Positions 1 through 13,500 of a stretch of DNA of 64,000 nt are shown piece by piece. The stretch comes from Chrysomallon squamiferum (Eukaryota; Animalia; Mollusca): the NCBI GenBank assembly GCA_012295275.1, contig CM022676.1:16120001-16184000 (forward strand). Direction: 5' to 3'. Position 1 is the stretch's first letter; each line of letters begins with the position of its first letter. Both the position numbers and the translations under genes were made by a program. The notes beneath the pieces are model-generated. The model was given only the letters and a program-made list of their open reading frames with translations, ran no database searches and had not been told where the DNA came from.

Positions 1-19
1 CATTATTAAAATATTATTA

Positions 20-57
<38 letters not shown>

Positions 58-405
58 TACTTATATATTTATTTGTTTCTTTAAATCATTGACGTCAGAC
101 ATTTTGTATTTTATTTGTTGTTGTTATAATATTTGGACCTCAGCCAACTGCTTTTGTATATATTTTATGGCAGTATTTGGACGTAAGCCAGCTCTACAAT
201 AATGGAAAGTTTCGTAGAAGAGAACAGTTCTATGTGAATGTATGCATGTTTTCGTATGTGTGTAAGCGCATATAACAAATGAGAGATAAACAGAGAAATA
301 TATATTATTTGTCATTATATTTTACTTTCCGTGAGAATTTGTTACAACTTAACTAGATCTATATCTATACCTTTACGTTTTATACATTAAATATTTAATT
401 CATAC

Positions 406-501
406 CTGAAATTCATGCCCTGTAAGTGACATCAACACCACAGACACTGTTAGCAACAGCAGCAATCTAACCACCACATCGTGTACCATGATGTTTTGTC
501 A
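406..501 (-). pseudogene. Proprotein convertase (PCSK7/furin-type, S8) catalytic-His exon relic, copy A
   Basis: TKHHGTRCGG*IAAVANSVCGVDVTYRA*ISG; AG/GT bounded, 96 nt. Confidence 0.8.
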
Positions 502-1143
502 CTTTAAAACAAAATAATAAGAATAGTTTTAATTTTACTATTTTAGTTTTTACTTTTATTCAAAACCAAAACTGATTATAATATTTACATTCAGTATTAG
601 ATTTTAGATTTAGACTTAGGATAATATTTTATTGATATAATTTGTTTTGAATGTGGGAATACAATGTTTGTGATATGTTGTATTTTGTTCTTTCTGGCTT
701 CACTTGAAAAATGCATTCATATTTATTTCTGAGTTGTAACTGCGTTTATTTGACATACTGCTTATTGATGTCCAGCAGAGCGGAATGTTTGACTGATTCA
801 GAAAAGTATTCGAAAAACCAGTTTGTAATAAGCTGTTGGCAAACATCGAGCTGTCCTACTTTGGCGTGCGATCTACAATTGAAAGGGCGATGATAAAGGA
901 AATTTCAGTTTATAGTAGAGATGTGAAGTTATACTTTAACAGTATGATACAAATATAAGAACAGTATTTCCAGGCTACTTGGTCATTAAGAAATGTATAA
1001 TAAAACGCCATTTTAAAATTATCTTCAAACAAAAATATAATTATTTTCTCTGTGACTTGTTCAATGGTATATAAAGTGTTTTAAATGTAGACGCTGTGCC
1101 AAATAATTAAATACATAATTCAGATTCCTAATGACTGCAATTA

Positions 1144-1180
<37 letters not shown>

Positions 1181-3089
1181 TATTATTATTATTATTTTCA
1201 TTGTCATTATTATTATTATTATTATTATTGTTCTTATTATCATTACTGTTATTATTATTATTATCCATATTACTATTATTATTTGATTTTCACGGTAAAC
1301 GAAGGGAAACCTGACATCAAAGATTTGCTATTTAATTTTCTGAAATACTCTTCACCTTTGCCTCTTTTCATGATTTCAATTTCCTGTGAATATAATTAAT
1401 TGAATTTTAATGCCAAATGCATTTTACTTGTGTTCAGTCCTGTCTAATAATAACAGAAGAAGAAGAAGAAGAAGAAGAAGCAGAAAAGGAGCAAAAAGAA
1501 GATAACATTTAACGATAATGTTTATGATTTAAATTTGCTGTGAATCTAATTCACAGAATTTGAATATGTGATGTATTTCATTGGTTTGTCGATAAGCGAT
1601 GTTCGTTCCAGTCTATTAATAACTCAAGAACATGAAGAAAACAACGCTCAAATAATTAGATTTATCTGATTACATTTATTATCTTTATCTTCATTTTATA
1701 TAGTACATTATTGTTGTTGTTGTCTTTCTCGTTATTATTGTTATTCAGCTGTTAGTATTATTTATCTTGAATGTTCATAAAGGTAAATGATTTTATATTT
1801 TCGTATTTATTTCTCCACTTAAGCGCTGAGATTGTATTAACAATACATTTTTCATATCATAGTGAATAAGATCCGAGTATACCTCTGCGTAATTCGTGCA
1901 GCAGTGACAGACTATTTTTATTTTACGTAAATACGCAGCAAATGTGTACTTGCTATGTTGGTTATGTCAGTATCGTCTCAGCATCAATACATATCTGAAA
2001 AACGAAAATAGCGTTATCAAATCATATTTACGTAAGCCTTTAACGTTCTGTAACATAAAACAGACAAATATACATATAGAAGCACAGCAATTACCACTAA
2101 TGTAAAACGGTCCTGTGTATACAGAGAATCATCGAAACCGGAATGTACTAAACGCACAATTTTCCTCCGAGAAATTTCATAAAAGTTATCGCCAGTCAGT
2201 GTTTCACAAGTATAAACCATTATTATTTGTTTAGCATGCACAAACAGTCGCTACATTTTAACATATTTAATGTCTGAATGTCCACCCTTTCATTAAATGC
2301 CAATCATATCCAATCGTTATCTTTTGTCTGTTTGTTCCTTTATGGATTGCAAAAAGTCGTATCTCTATATAATCCTACAATGTGCACAGCTGGTTTAAGT
2401 TTACTCTGCGAGAAACAACTGATACAATTATTTACTTTTTCGCATCTGTGGGACTTATTAGTGAGTCTTTGATAGACATATTTGTATTCATAATTTTGTT
2501 TTCTGTCTAGCGAATTATATAATATTCTCACAATCCTTATTTTATGATTCCCAAATAAACCAGAATGTTTGATACATTTCATATTATGTAAGGTATGATA
2601 TTACAGTAATATTTATTGAGCTATAGTGTATATTAGGTTTATAAATTCATATTCCTACGGTTATTCAATGTTTCGCTGATTAGTGTCAGAAAATGGGAGC
2701 AACTACAGGTCATTATGATTAAGATTATAATTATTATTATTATTATTAATATTATTAAAATTATTATTTACTTATTTATTTCTCTGTTTCTATGTTTCTT
2801 TTTAGTCACTGACGTCAGACATTTTGTATTTTATTTTTTTGTTATTATGAATATAATATTTGGACGTAAGCCAGCTCTACAATAATGGAAAGCAACGTCA
2901 AAGAGAACAGTTCTGTGCGAATGTTTGCATGTATTTTTTATGTGCGTAAGCGCATATAAGAAATGAGAGATAAACAGAGAGAGATGCATTATGTTTCATT
3001 ATATTTTACTTTCCGTGAGAATTTGTTACAACTTAACTACATCTATATGCATTTATTAGCGTTTTATCAATTTAATATTTAATTCCAAC

Positions 3090-3185
3090 CTGAAATTCAT
3101 GCCCTGTAAGCGACATGAACACCACAGACACTGTTAGCAACAACAGCAATCTCACCACCACATCGTGTACCATGATGTTTTGTGG
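3090..3185 (-). pseudogene. Convertase catalytic-His exon relic, copy B
   Basis: TKHHGTRCGGEIAVVANSVCGVHVAYRA*ISG. Confidence 0.82.
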
Positions 3186-3387
3186 CTGCAACAAAATAAT
3201 CAGAATAGTTTTAATCTTACTGTTCAAGTCTTTATTTTTATTCAAAAGTAAAACTGGTTATAATATATACGTTCAGTATGAGATTTTTTATTTAGACTTA
3301 GGATAATGTTTTTATTATCCATTACTGCCCCAGAAAACAACTGATAATATCTGAAACTGGGCCCTGGATTATGGTTAATAATCATTA

Positions 3388-3443
<56 letters not shown>

Positions 3444-3764
3444 TTTTTTTTTAACTTTTTTGTAAGCACATAAATATATAGCAATATAATCATAATGTAA
3501 AGTTAAATACAAATACGAATTTAATAACAGATAGAGGGACACAGAGAGGGACAGGTAGAGACAGAGACAGAGAGAGAGAGGAGATATTATGAGGATGAAT
3601 ATATTAAAAAGAAAGTATCGATAATGTAATGTTGTTTATGATAATGAGATGACGATGATGATAGTGATGATGATGATGAAACAAGTAAAAGTACTAACCA
3701 AATAAAAAATGGTTTAACTCAAGGTACACAAAGTTAATAAAAATAAATTAACAGACACTCAAGT

Positions 3765-3830
3765 CACCTTTGTGGTCACTAGGCATAGAGTCAGAATCAT
3801 GATCACTGAAATCCCAGCTGCCATTTTATG
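3765..3830 (-). pseudogene. Preceding convertase exon relic, copy B
   Basis: NGSWDFSDHDSDSMPSD resembles the GSYDLNSNDPDPMP segment before the catalytic His; boundaries approximate. Confidence 0.65.
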
Positions 3831-4611
3831 GCTTAATTTTATCTAAAATTGTGCATTTGTCTACCTGTTATGAAACATTTCTCCGTTAAAACATTACAGG
3901 TTACCTAAAGATAATGTCAAGATGCTTTCCTTTCCGAAATTTCAGTATACCAAGACCAACCTATGAAGTTAAATCTGCCAGGTGTCAATTATGCACTTGA
4001 GATAAAACTAGTGGACAAAGGTATATGTGGATGTTATTTACCAGGATCAAATATGTTACTGTGGCTTAGAGCACAGCAGAGTATTCTAAGCTACTGTCAC
4101 ATCTCAATAAATTAACGTGTGTGTCTCTGTTTGCTAAGCTGTGTGCATGTCATTGTCTACATGTTTGTGTGTTTCTGTGTGTTTTTATATGCTTGCCGAA
4201 ATTTATGATAAAATGTGCTGATGGAGAAAAGTAATATAAATATATTCTGCATACTACTAAATTGGCTCATCGACTATTAGGACAATTCCACGGTTTCAAG
4301 ATTCAGAAGGGTTTGATATCCTAGCAGCTGTCATGACTACTAAATGGGTTCCCCACAAATATTGTGTACTGCCTCTGATGATAAAAGCATTTTATTGCAT
4401 GATCAAGATCATGATGTAATCTACTGACTTATCTAAACATTCAGAACTATTAAAAATCAAACCGAAGTTTCCCAGGATTTACCACTGTTTTGTTATAGTA
4501 GTATCATGGTAATTCCCGTCATGAATGAGCTTTACCTCTCTGGAAAAGAGTTCAGTAGCAGACTGTACAGAACAACCTTTTTTGTTCTTTTTTCTTCTAT
4601 TTTATTTACTA

Positions 4612-4674
<63 letters not shown>

Positions 4675-6764
4675 TTGTTTTTATTTGTTGTAAATAGTCA
4701 AGGAAATAAGCAAAAAGGCTATACTGAAAAATTATGTGTGATTATCAGGATCCTTGTGGTAATGAGCGAAAGCGCTTTTTCTACTAAATATATTTAATCA
4801 CAATAATTAAAATAAAGAATGATTTTTTTCTTCTTCTTTTTTTTTTTTTTAATCCACCTGTTCATAATACAGAAATGTTGAGACAGGAATCCCATAACCA
4901 CACAATACCTCTAATATTTTTGTTAGCAATGAAACGATAGCATGCGCTTCACCACTGATATAATAACACAGACCACAGATCACATTAAAAGAAAACAGAT
5001 GAGATTGTGTTTTTAAAACAGTTGGAAAATATAGTAGGAATTAAGAAGCTCTCGGTATTGTTCGTATTCTGCAAAGATCAAACAAATATCCATTCATAAT
5101 TTTAATAATCAATTAGCAAGAACAAAGAGAGAAGGGAGAGGATTATACTAAAATTCATATTCATTAATTGTTTAATAGTTAAGATTCAGCCTGCGCCTAT
5201 ACTGCGTATCGTAGTCACATTCAGTGCTATTCTGATCAATATCATGATTTTTGATCGTTGATGAACCAATTATTTATGTGTGTTTTATATTCAATAATCA
5301 AAAGATATTTATATCTCAAATCCTGAATTCGCTTAAAAATGTAAGATAATTGATTGAATCAACATAGATTTTCATATTAGAATAGCCAAACAAGTGAATC
5401 AGTGTTCACTTAATCTCTATCAAACACACTCACAAACACACACACACACACACACTATCACACCCACTATCACACTTACCTTATATTAGTTTGGGTTTCT
5501 GAGAATACACACTGACAAACTATTTTAAATAAATAAATAAGTAAAGATAGACGTGATATTGGCAGATATATGCACGGGGTATGTAAATTCGTCGATAAAC
5601 AGACATGAATAACTAACATACGTCCTTTGCCTTTATGTCATACTGACATGCGCTACTTGTAATCTTGCAACGAGCTGTGTATATAAAGAAAGGAATCAGG
5701 ATGTAAATCACAGTAGTTGTGTTTGATCCAGACAAAATGATCTGTATAGTTTTTATAAAAGAAATGTCTTTCTTTCAGTGTATATGGATTTACTCATTTC
5801 TAATATCTACAGTCGTTTCAGGTATGTCAGTATTATTATTTGTTTTATTAATATACGTATTAAGAGTGAACTACTTAAAAATAATGACAATAAAAAGTTG
5901 CATTAACATGGACAATTCTCGATTAAATCGAATTTCTCTTTTACACTGTCCATTTTATTTAATTCTTAGAACCAGTGAAACATAGAAGTGTGTTCTCAAA
6001 ATGAGAATCGTGGTCTGATGGGTTAAACTGCATGAACAAAAGATTCACTGATAAACTTTCGTATATATGATGTTATTTGCTTAAATGATAAATATATTTC
6101 CTTAGTATTATTGACCATCGAATTTTAATATTGATATAACAACTTTTCAGGCCTGATATCTGGTAATCAGTGAGTCCTTTTGGATGAAACGATTTCATTC
6201 GAAAGCTACGTTGATAGGGATTCCAAATGCGCCGTTATTTCCTTTATATGTACAAACAAACTTTGGAACCTTTTTCACCTTTTATCTGACCTTACATTTG
6301 ACTTTTTACTACTTGATCTTGAAATAGCCTCACAATAAAAAAGTTGCAGAATCTATAATATTTTGAGTTCAGTAGTAAAATAAAAGTTATAGAGATGTGC
6401 TGACATTATTTAGTGATTTAATACACACACATGTCATGAGGTTACAGTATTGTTGCATGCAGCTTATGTTATTTTGCTGCATTGTTATATTACGGCTAAA
6501 ATATAATGTGGCTGGTGAATTTGACCTGGAATGAAACTCTGTCATATTTTATTACATTCTATGTCGCTTACTCTTGAGATTATCATGTCTACTCTTCTAA
6601 CTTCACCTTCCTTATTAAATTACACCGCTATAGAACAAAACAAAACAAAAAAAAAACTACACATCAATATGATTATGATACTAACAATAATAATAATAAT
6701 ATAAATAACAACCACTTAAATAAATAAAACGCAGTAAATAAATAATAAACGCATATAATTAATA

Positions 6765-6810
<46 letters not shown>

Positions 6811-8332
6811 CATCGAAACCGGAATGTACGAAACGGACTATTTTCCTCCGAGAAATATCATGAAAGTTCTCGCCAGTCGGTGTGTCACAAGTATACACCA
6901 TTATTATTTCTTTAGCTTGGACGAACAGTCGCTACATTTTAACATAACTAATGTCTGAATGTCCACCCTTTCATTAAATGTCAATCACAGCTAATCATTA
7001 TCTTTTGTCTGTTTGTTCCTTTATGGATTGCAAAAAGTCGTATCTCTATATAATCCTACAATGTGTATTAAAGTTTCACATCTATGTGACTTATTAGTGA
7101 GTCTTTGACAGACATATTTGTATTCATAATTTTGTTTTCTGTCTAGCGAATTATATAATATTATCACAATCCTTATTTTATGATTCCCAAATAAAGCAGA
7201 ATGTCTGATACATTTTATATTATTTAAGGTATGATATTACAGTAATATCTATTGTGCTATAGGGTATATTAGGTTTATACATTCATATTCTTACGGTTCT
7301 TCAATGTTTAGCTGATTAGTGTCAGAAAATGGGGCCAACTACGGATCGTTATGATTATTATTATGATTATTATTATTATTATTTACTTATTTATTTCTCT
7401 GTTTGTATGTTTCTTTTTAGTCACTGCCGTCAGACACTTTGTATTGTATTTTTTTAATTTGTTTATTATCAATATAATATTTGGACTTCAGCCAACTCTT
7501 TCCGTATATATTTTACAGCAGAATTTGGACGTAAGCCAGCTCTACAATAATGGACGGTTACTTCGAAGAGAACAGTTCTGTGTGAATGTATGAATGTCTG
7601 TGTATGTGTGTACGCACATCTGTGTGATTTATTAGTGAGTCTTTGACAGACATATTTATAATCATAATTTTGTTTTCTGTGTAGTGAATTATATAATATT
7701 CTCACAATCTTTTAGATGTCCATTTAAAGCAGAATGTTTGATACATGTTATAATAATAAAGGCATGATATTACAGTTTACATTAGGTTTACAAATTCATA
7801 TTCTTACGGTTCTTGAATGTTTACCTATTAGTGTCAGAAAATGGGGACAACTACGGATCATTATGAGTATTATTATTATTATTATTATTATTATCGTTAC
7901 CATTATTATTATATTATTTACTTAGTTATTGTATTACTACTAGTAGTAGCCCTATTATTATTATATTTATTATTATTATTATTATTTACTTCTTTTTTTT
8001 CTGAAAATAACTGACGTCAGACATTTTGTATTGTATTTGTTGTTGTTATAAATATAATATTTGGACCTCAGCCAACTGTTTTGGTATATATTTTATGGCA
8101 GTATTTGGACGTAAGCCAGCTCTACAATAATGGAAAGTTACGTCGAAGAGAACAGTTCTGTGCGAATGTATGAATGTTTTTGTATCTGTGTATGCGCATA
8201 TAACAAATGAGAGATAAACAGAGAGAGATATATTATGTGTCATTATATTTTACTTTCCATGAGAATTTCTTACAACTTTACTACATCTATATGTATTTAT
8301 TAGCGTTTTATCAATTTAATATTAATTCCTAC

Positions 8333-8428
8333 CTGAAATTCATGCCCTGTAAGCGACATCAACACCACAGACACTGTTAGCAACAGCAGCAGCCTCACCA
8401 CCACATCGTGTACCGTGATGGGTTGTGC
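8333..8428 (-). pseudogene. Convertase catalytic-His exon relic, copy C
   Basis: TTHHGTRCGGEAAAVANSVCGVDVAYRA*ISG. Confidence 0.8.
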
Positions 8429-8630
8429 CTCCAACAAAAAAATCAGAATAATTTTAATTTTACTGTTCAAGTGTTTACTTTTATTCAAAACAAAAATAGG
8501 TTATAATATGTACATTCTGTATGAGATTTTTGATTTAGACTTAGTATAATATTTTTATTATTCATTACTCTCCCAGAAAACAACTGATAATATCTGAAAT
8601 TGGGCCCTGGATTATGGTTAATAATAATTA

Positions 8631-8688
<58 letters not shown>

Positions 8689-8692
8689 TTTA

Positions 8693-8725
<33 letters not shown>

Positions 8726-10480
8726 TTTTTTTTTTTGGAAACACATAAATATATAAAAATATAATTATAATGTTAATGTAAATAGAAAAACGGATTTAAT
8801 AACAGAGGGACACATAGAGGGACATACAGAGACAGATAGAGAGAGACAAAAGCATAGAGAGATTATGAGGATGAAGGGATTAAAAACAAAGTATCGATAG
8901 TGTAATGTTGTTTATGATAATGAGATGACGATGATGATAGTATCATGATGAAACAAGTACAAGTATTACAGAAATCAAAATGGTTTAATGAAAATAATAA
9001 CAATAATAATAATATAAATAACAAGACCGTCAATAAATAAATAAATAAATAAATAGTAATTAGAAATAATAACGTAAAAAAAGAAAAAAATGAAATATGT
9101 TCGCTAACATAAGAGGAAGTAATATATGGTGTCACGCCGTAAAGATAAAATCGTTTTAATGCATGATCAAGATCGTAATGTGGATTCGATGATTTGTCTA
9201 ATGATTTACAGACACAGAAAATAATTCGGAAGGGACGAAGGCTTTACCATTGTCATCATCATTTCCCTACCTGCGTAATTCCCATCATGAATAAGCTGAA
9301 CCTCTCTAGGAATGTGTTCATTATCATACTGTACAACAGACGCAATTAATTTTATAAAAAAGCAGATCCTGATGAATTGTGGGTAAAATGTCGTGTTGTA
9401 CCAAAGATGTTGAATGACTAAAAGTGAAGACAAGACTTTTTTGACTTACATATTCTCACAACAAAGATCATGAACAGGAATCCCGGAGTCACAATCAAAC
9501 TGTAACATGAGCTTTACCACTGATACAACATCACAGATCTCTGCACCTGAGCAGCATCACCTTTGTCAGAAAACATGAGTTCGTGTCTTTAAAGAATTGA
9601 AAGGTTGACAACTATGTGATAGAAATGAATAATGTTTGGTATATTTAGCTACCATTCATAATTACAATAATAATTTAAGATGTTTTCTTTATAAATGAAG
9701 GGACAGGATTATACTATAATAAAATAATTTGGTTATTTAATGATTAGAGTATGTTGATAATAGCTTCAGCATGTGCCCTTGTTGATAAATCATTAATAAG
9801 ACGATTATTTTATAGTTATGAACTAATAATTTCTGAACATGCTGCATTCAAGACACTAAAATCATTTATTCGCTGAAGAATGTATTGAAATTAACTGAAT
9901 AAGTGCAGATGTTAACAGGAAAATATCCAGGGTTTTGAATATACAAACAACAAAACACAAAAACACGTACCTGCACCTAATTTTAGTTTACATTTTTCAA
10001 GTATACATAAGTTATACAATTTATAATAAACAAATAAATAAATAACAAAATAACACTGAAATAATGAAATGTATCTTATAACCTTCATTATTTTTTCTTC
10101 ATGTTTTATAGCAAATTAGTATTCTTTTTGTTGTTGTTGTAGTTGTTTGTATCATTAAACAGCTGCTATTATTTATCTCCTCGTGAATGTTGATAAACGT
10201 AAATTATTTCTTATTTTCCTGTTTGTTTCCAATTTTATGTGCAGAGACTCTATTAACAACGAACTTTTCAGATCGTCGTAAACAAAACCCTGAAATACTC
10301 TTGTGTGACTTAGCATTTTTATCTGACATAACAAACAAACATTCATTTGTTTACCTTTTAGTTGATATACTCGTCATCTGAATATCGTCCGAGCACTATG
10401 ATATGTGCCTGGCAATGTTTGATAAATGAAATCTATATTTTATAATTGTCTTTACGCATATTGTAACGTTCTGAAATCAG

Positions 10481-10512
<32 letters not shown>

Positions 10513-13500
10513 GCAAGTAATTAACATAAATCGAAATAGTCTTATTTATATATATATATAATCATTATCGAAACCTTTAAGTACTAAAAGGACTCTTTCT
10601 CCGTAAAATGTAATAAAACACTTAAAATACAACTTTTGTTCAGTTATTAAGTAAACTTCAAAACTGTTTTACACAAGTACACACCTGTAGTAGTTCATAC
10701 ATTTTAATATGTCTATCATCTCTCTGTTTGTCTCATTATGAATTGACAAATAATTACATCTAGAATAATCCTTTCAATATGCAGAGCTGGATTCAGTTAG
10801 CTTTTCTGTTACACAATTAAACAGCGTCAGTCAACATGCTGTGTGTATAAAGGAGGAATCCACATCCAAATTAAAGTAGTTGCGTTACACAGACACAAAC
10901 TGATCTGTTCAGTTTTCAAACAAGAAATGTCTTTATTTTGATTTATTTACTTGATATACCTATAATCGATTAAGCAGATACAATTTAGCGAACTAATTAG
11001 GTCCGAATAAACAGTTTTAAAATCTCAGGAACGGTAGATGGCACCCGGAATTGTCTATAGGGAGACTTGTGTATACGGTTGTTAAAAGGAAGTGTAATAA
11101 GCAATGGACGTAATTATTCTCTTGTAAACGAACCTTCAAAAGTGTGTTGCACAATTACATACGACTATTGTGTGTTTAGTATAGACGAACTGTCCATACA
11201 TTTTAATATACTTAATGTCTGGCTACCCTTTACTGAATTGTCAACCATGCGGACACTTGTATTAACTTAGCTATTATTTATTTAGATTGCGACAAACAAT
11301 CGATGTAACTAACACTTTTTATGTTCTGTATATGTCCCTTTGTGAATTGTGAAACAGTTGTACCTATAATAATCCTACAATGTACATATTTGAATTCAGT
11401 TAGCTGTCTGATTACAAAATTAAACTTAGCCAATATAATATGTATATAAATATAGCAATCGGGATCTAAATCAAAGTAACTGAGTTTGATAGAGACAAAT
11501 TAATCTGATCAGTTTTAAAAGTAAGAAATGTCTTTCTTTGCATATATTTAGATTTATTTGTTTGTTTTAGATATGCCATTTTATTTTTGATGTTTATAGT
11601 TATTAAGAATAAAATATTGAATACTGAATAATAATAATAATAACAATAATAATAATAATAATAATAATAAAAATAATAATAATAATAATAAAATCAGATA
11701 CATATAGTAAATTCTGGAATACATCTAATATTTGTGTAAAAGGACAAATCGTAGCACAATTCCACGAATAGTTTGTTTCAATTTATTTGTATTATTGTTC
11801 ATTTTTTTTAAATCACGCATTCAACGAGACAAAACAATTATGTTCTAAAATGAAGATCGTGAATTGAAATTTTGAAATATTTGCTTAATATTATTAGCCC
11901 TCGAATATTGACACTTTTGCCACAAATAGGTGTGGCTCCAACTTTTCAAACCCTGATATCTAGTTAATCAGTGAGAAGATTTGGATGAAACAGTTTTGCT
12001 TGAAACCTAATTTCACAGCGATTCCAAGTGCGTAATTATTTTCTTGTCATCTACAACCAAATTTTAGAATCTTTTAACCTGTTATTTGCTCGATTTTGAA
12101 TTTGACTTTGTCACCCACGAAAACGTGAAATGACCTCAAGATATAAAATGTCCAGAATCTATAATATTTGGTGTTTAATAGTAAAATACACTCAAAGTGG
12201 AAATGCTGACCTGAAAATGTTCATTTTGACAGTTTTAGTGATTTAATATATACAAATGCATGATGTTACATTATACTTGAGTAGAGTTTATGTAAATTTA
12301 CTGCATAGTTGTAATACTTCTAAAATCTAATATGGTGAAGTTAAAATTGTATTTTTATTTTTCTTCGGGAATTTGACCTGGAATTTAATTTAATCATATT
12401 ATATTGTAATTTTAAGTATTCTTTGTTATTTATTCTTCAGATTGTCACTTATATTCCTCTAGTTGTACATTTTCGTTTACTAGTTTAATACTGTAATAAT
12501 AAAATAAAAAGTATATATATTAAAAAGAAAATACAAAAAAGCCATGTATCATCAAATAAATAATTTAAGTGTTTGTACTTCTTGGAAAAAAGTAGCACTG
12601 TTTCTCTGTATTTTTTGTCTGACATTCATCTCTCTGGTGTGAAGACAGATGACTCGTTTTGCTGTCTAAAGTGTTTGTTTTTATTGATTTATTTATTTAT
12701 TTATAACTGATGTTCAGGACATACAAATTCAGCAACCGCCTAGCAACATCATGTCACACAAGTAATTTGTGTTATGGGGCGAAATCCAAGATGACCGCTA
12801 CCGAATCTGTGTTTATAACTTGGTAACTAGATCTGAGAGAAACATGACTGAAAGGTCGTTTGATACTTTTCAGAGATAAAGAATCTAATTGTCTATGACT
12901 TCCCTAAGAACAAAAGGAAAAAAAAAAAAAAAGAAAAAAATGATAATGAAAAGAAGAGAAACTAATACGGCACCCATAAATAGATATCACTGTTTTGAGT
13001 CAAATTAAAGTGTTGTACGCCTTTGATTAAACTAAAGATCTTGTCATGTTGAGCATAGGTTAATAACTAAGAGATAAATAAGGAACACTAAATTATTGAT
13101 TATTGTATTTATTCTGGTTCACATACACTAATTTCGTACATTTTTACTGTCATCTAATGAATGAAGATATTATTATAGGTCATAGATATTGTTGTTGTTG
13201 TTGTTGTTGCTTTTAGAAGGCTTTCGAATTTTTATTTTTATTTTGTGTTTCTTTTTAATGTTTTTTTTTTTTTTTACCCTCTGCGTCGTTTGTATTTTCT
13301 TGATTGTCTCCATTTTGTAATGTTTGTGACATGTTTGTTTTTTTCCCGCTTCAGTGGAAGGATATATTCCTGTTAATTATTATTTGCCACACTGTGCTCT
13401 GTAACTTAGTTTATTTGTGACAGTGTTTGTTGAAGTACATCACGGCAAAAACTTTGTAATGAACTGCTGGAATCTATCTAGATGTTACGGTAGCAGTAAT

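Noticed and set aside
124-315. Recurrent minus ORF ..HYCRAGLRPNTAIKY.. as a gene or as the next convertase exon
   Set aside because: It recurs because the block is duplicated. Starts and ends vary between copies, and similarity to the convertase IYSxSW region is too weak to call.
1-9000. Recurrent ttggacgt/cagcca short motifs as a CRISPR-like array
   Set aside because: Eukaryotic context; the intervening sequences are themselves homologous and irregularly spaced, and no cas genes are present.
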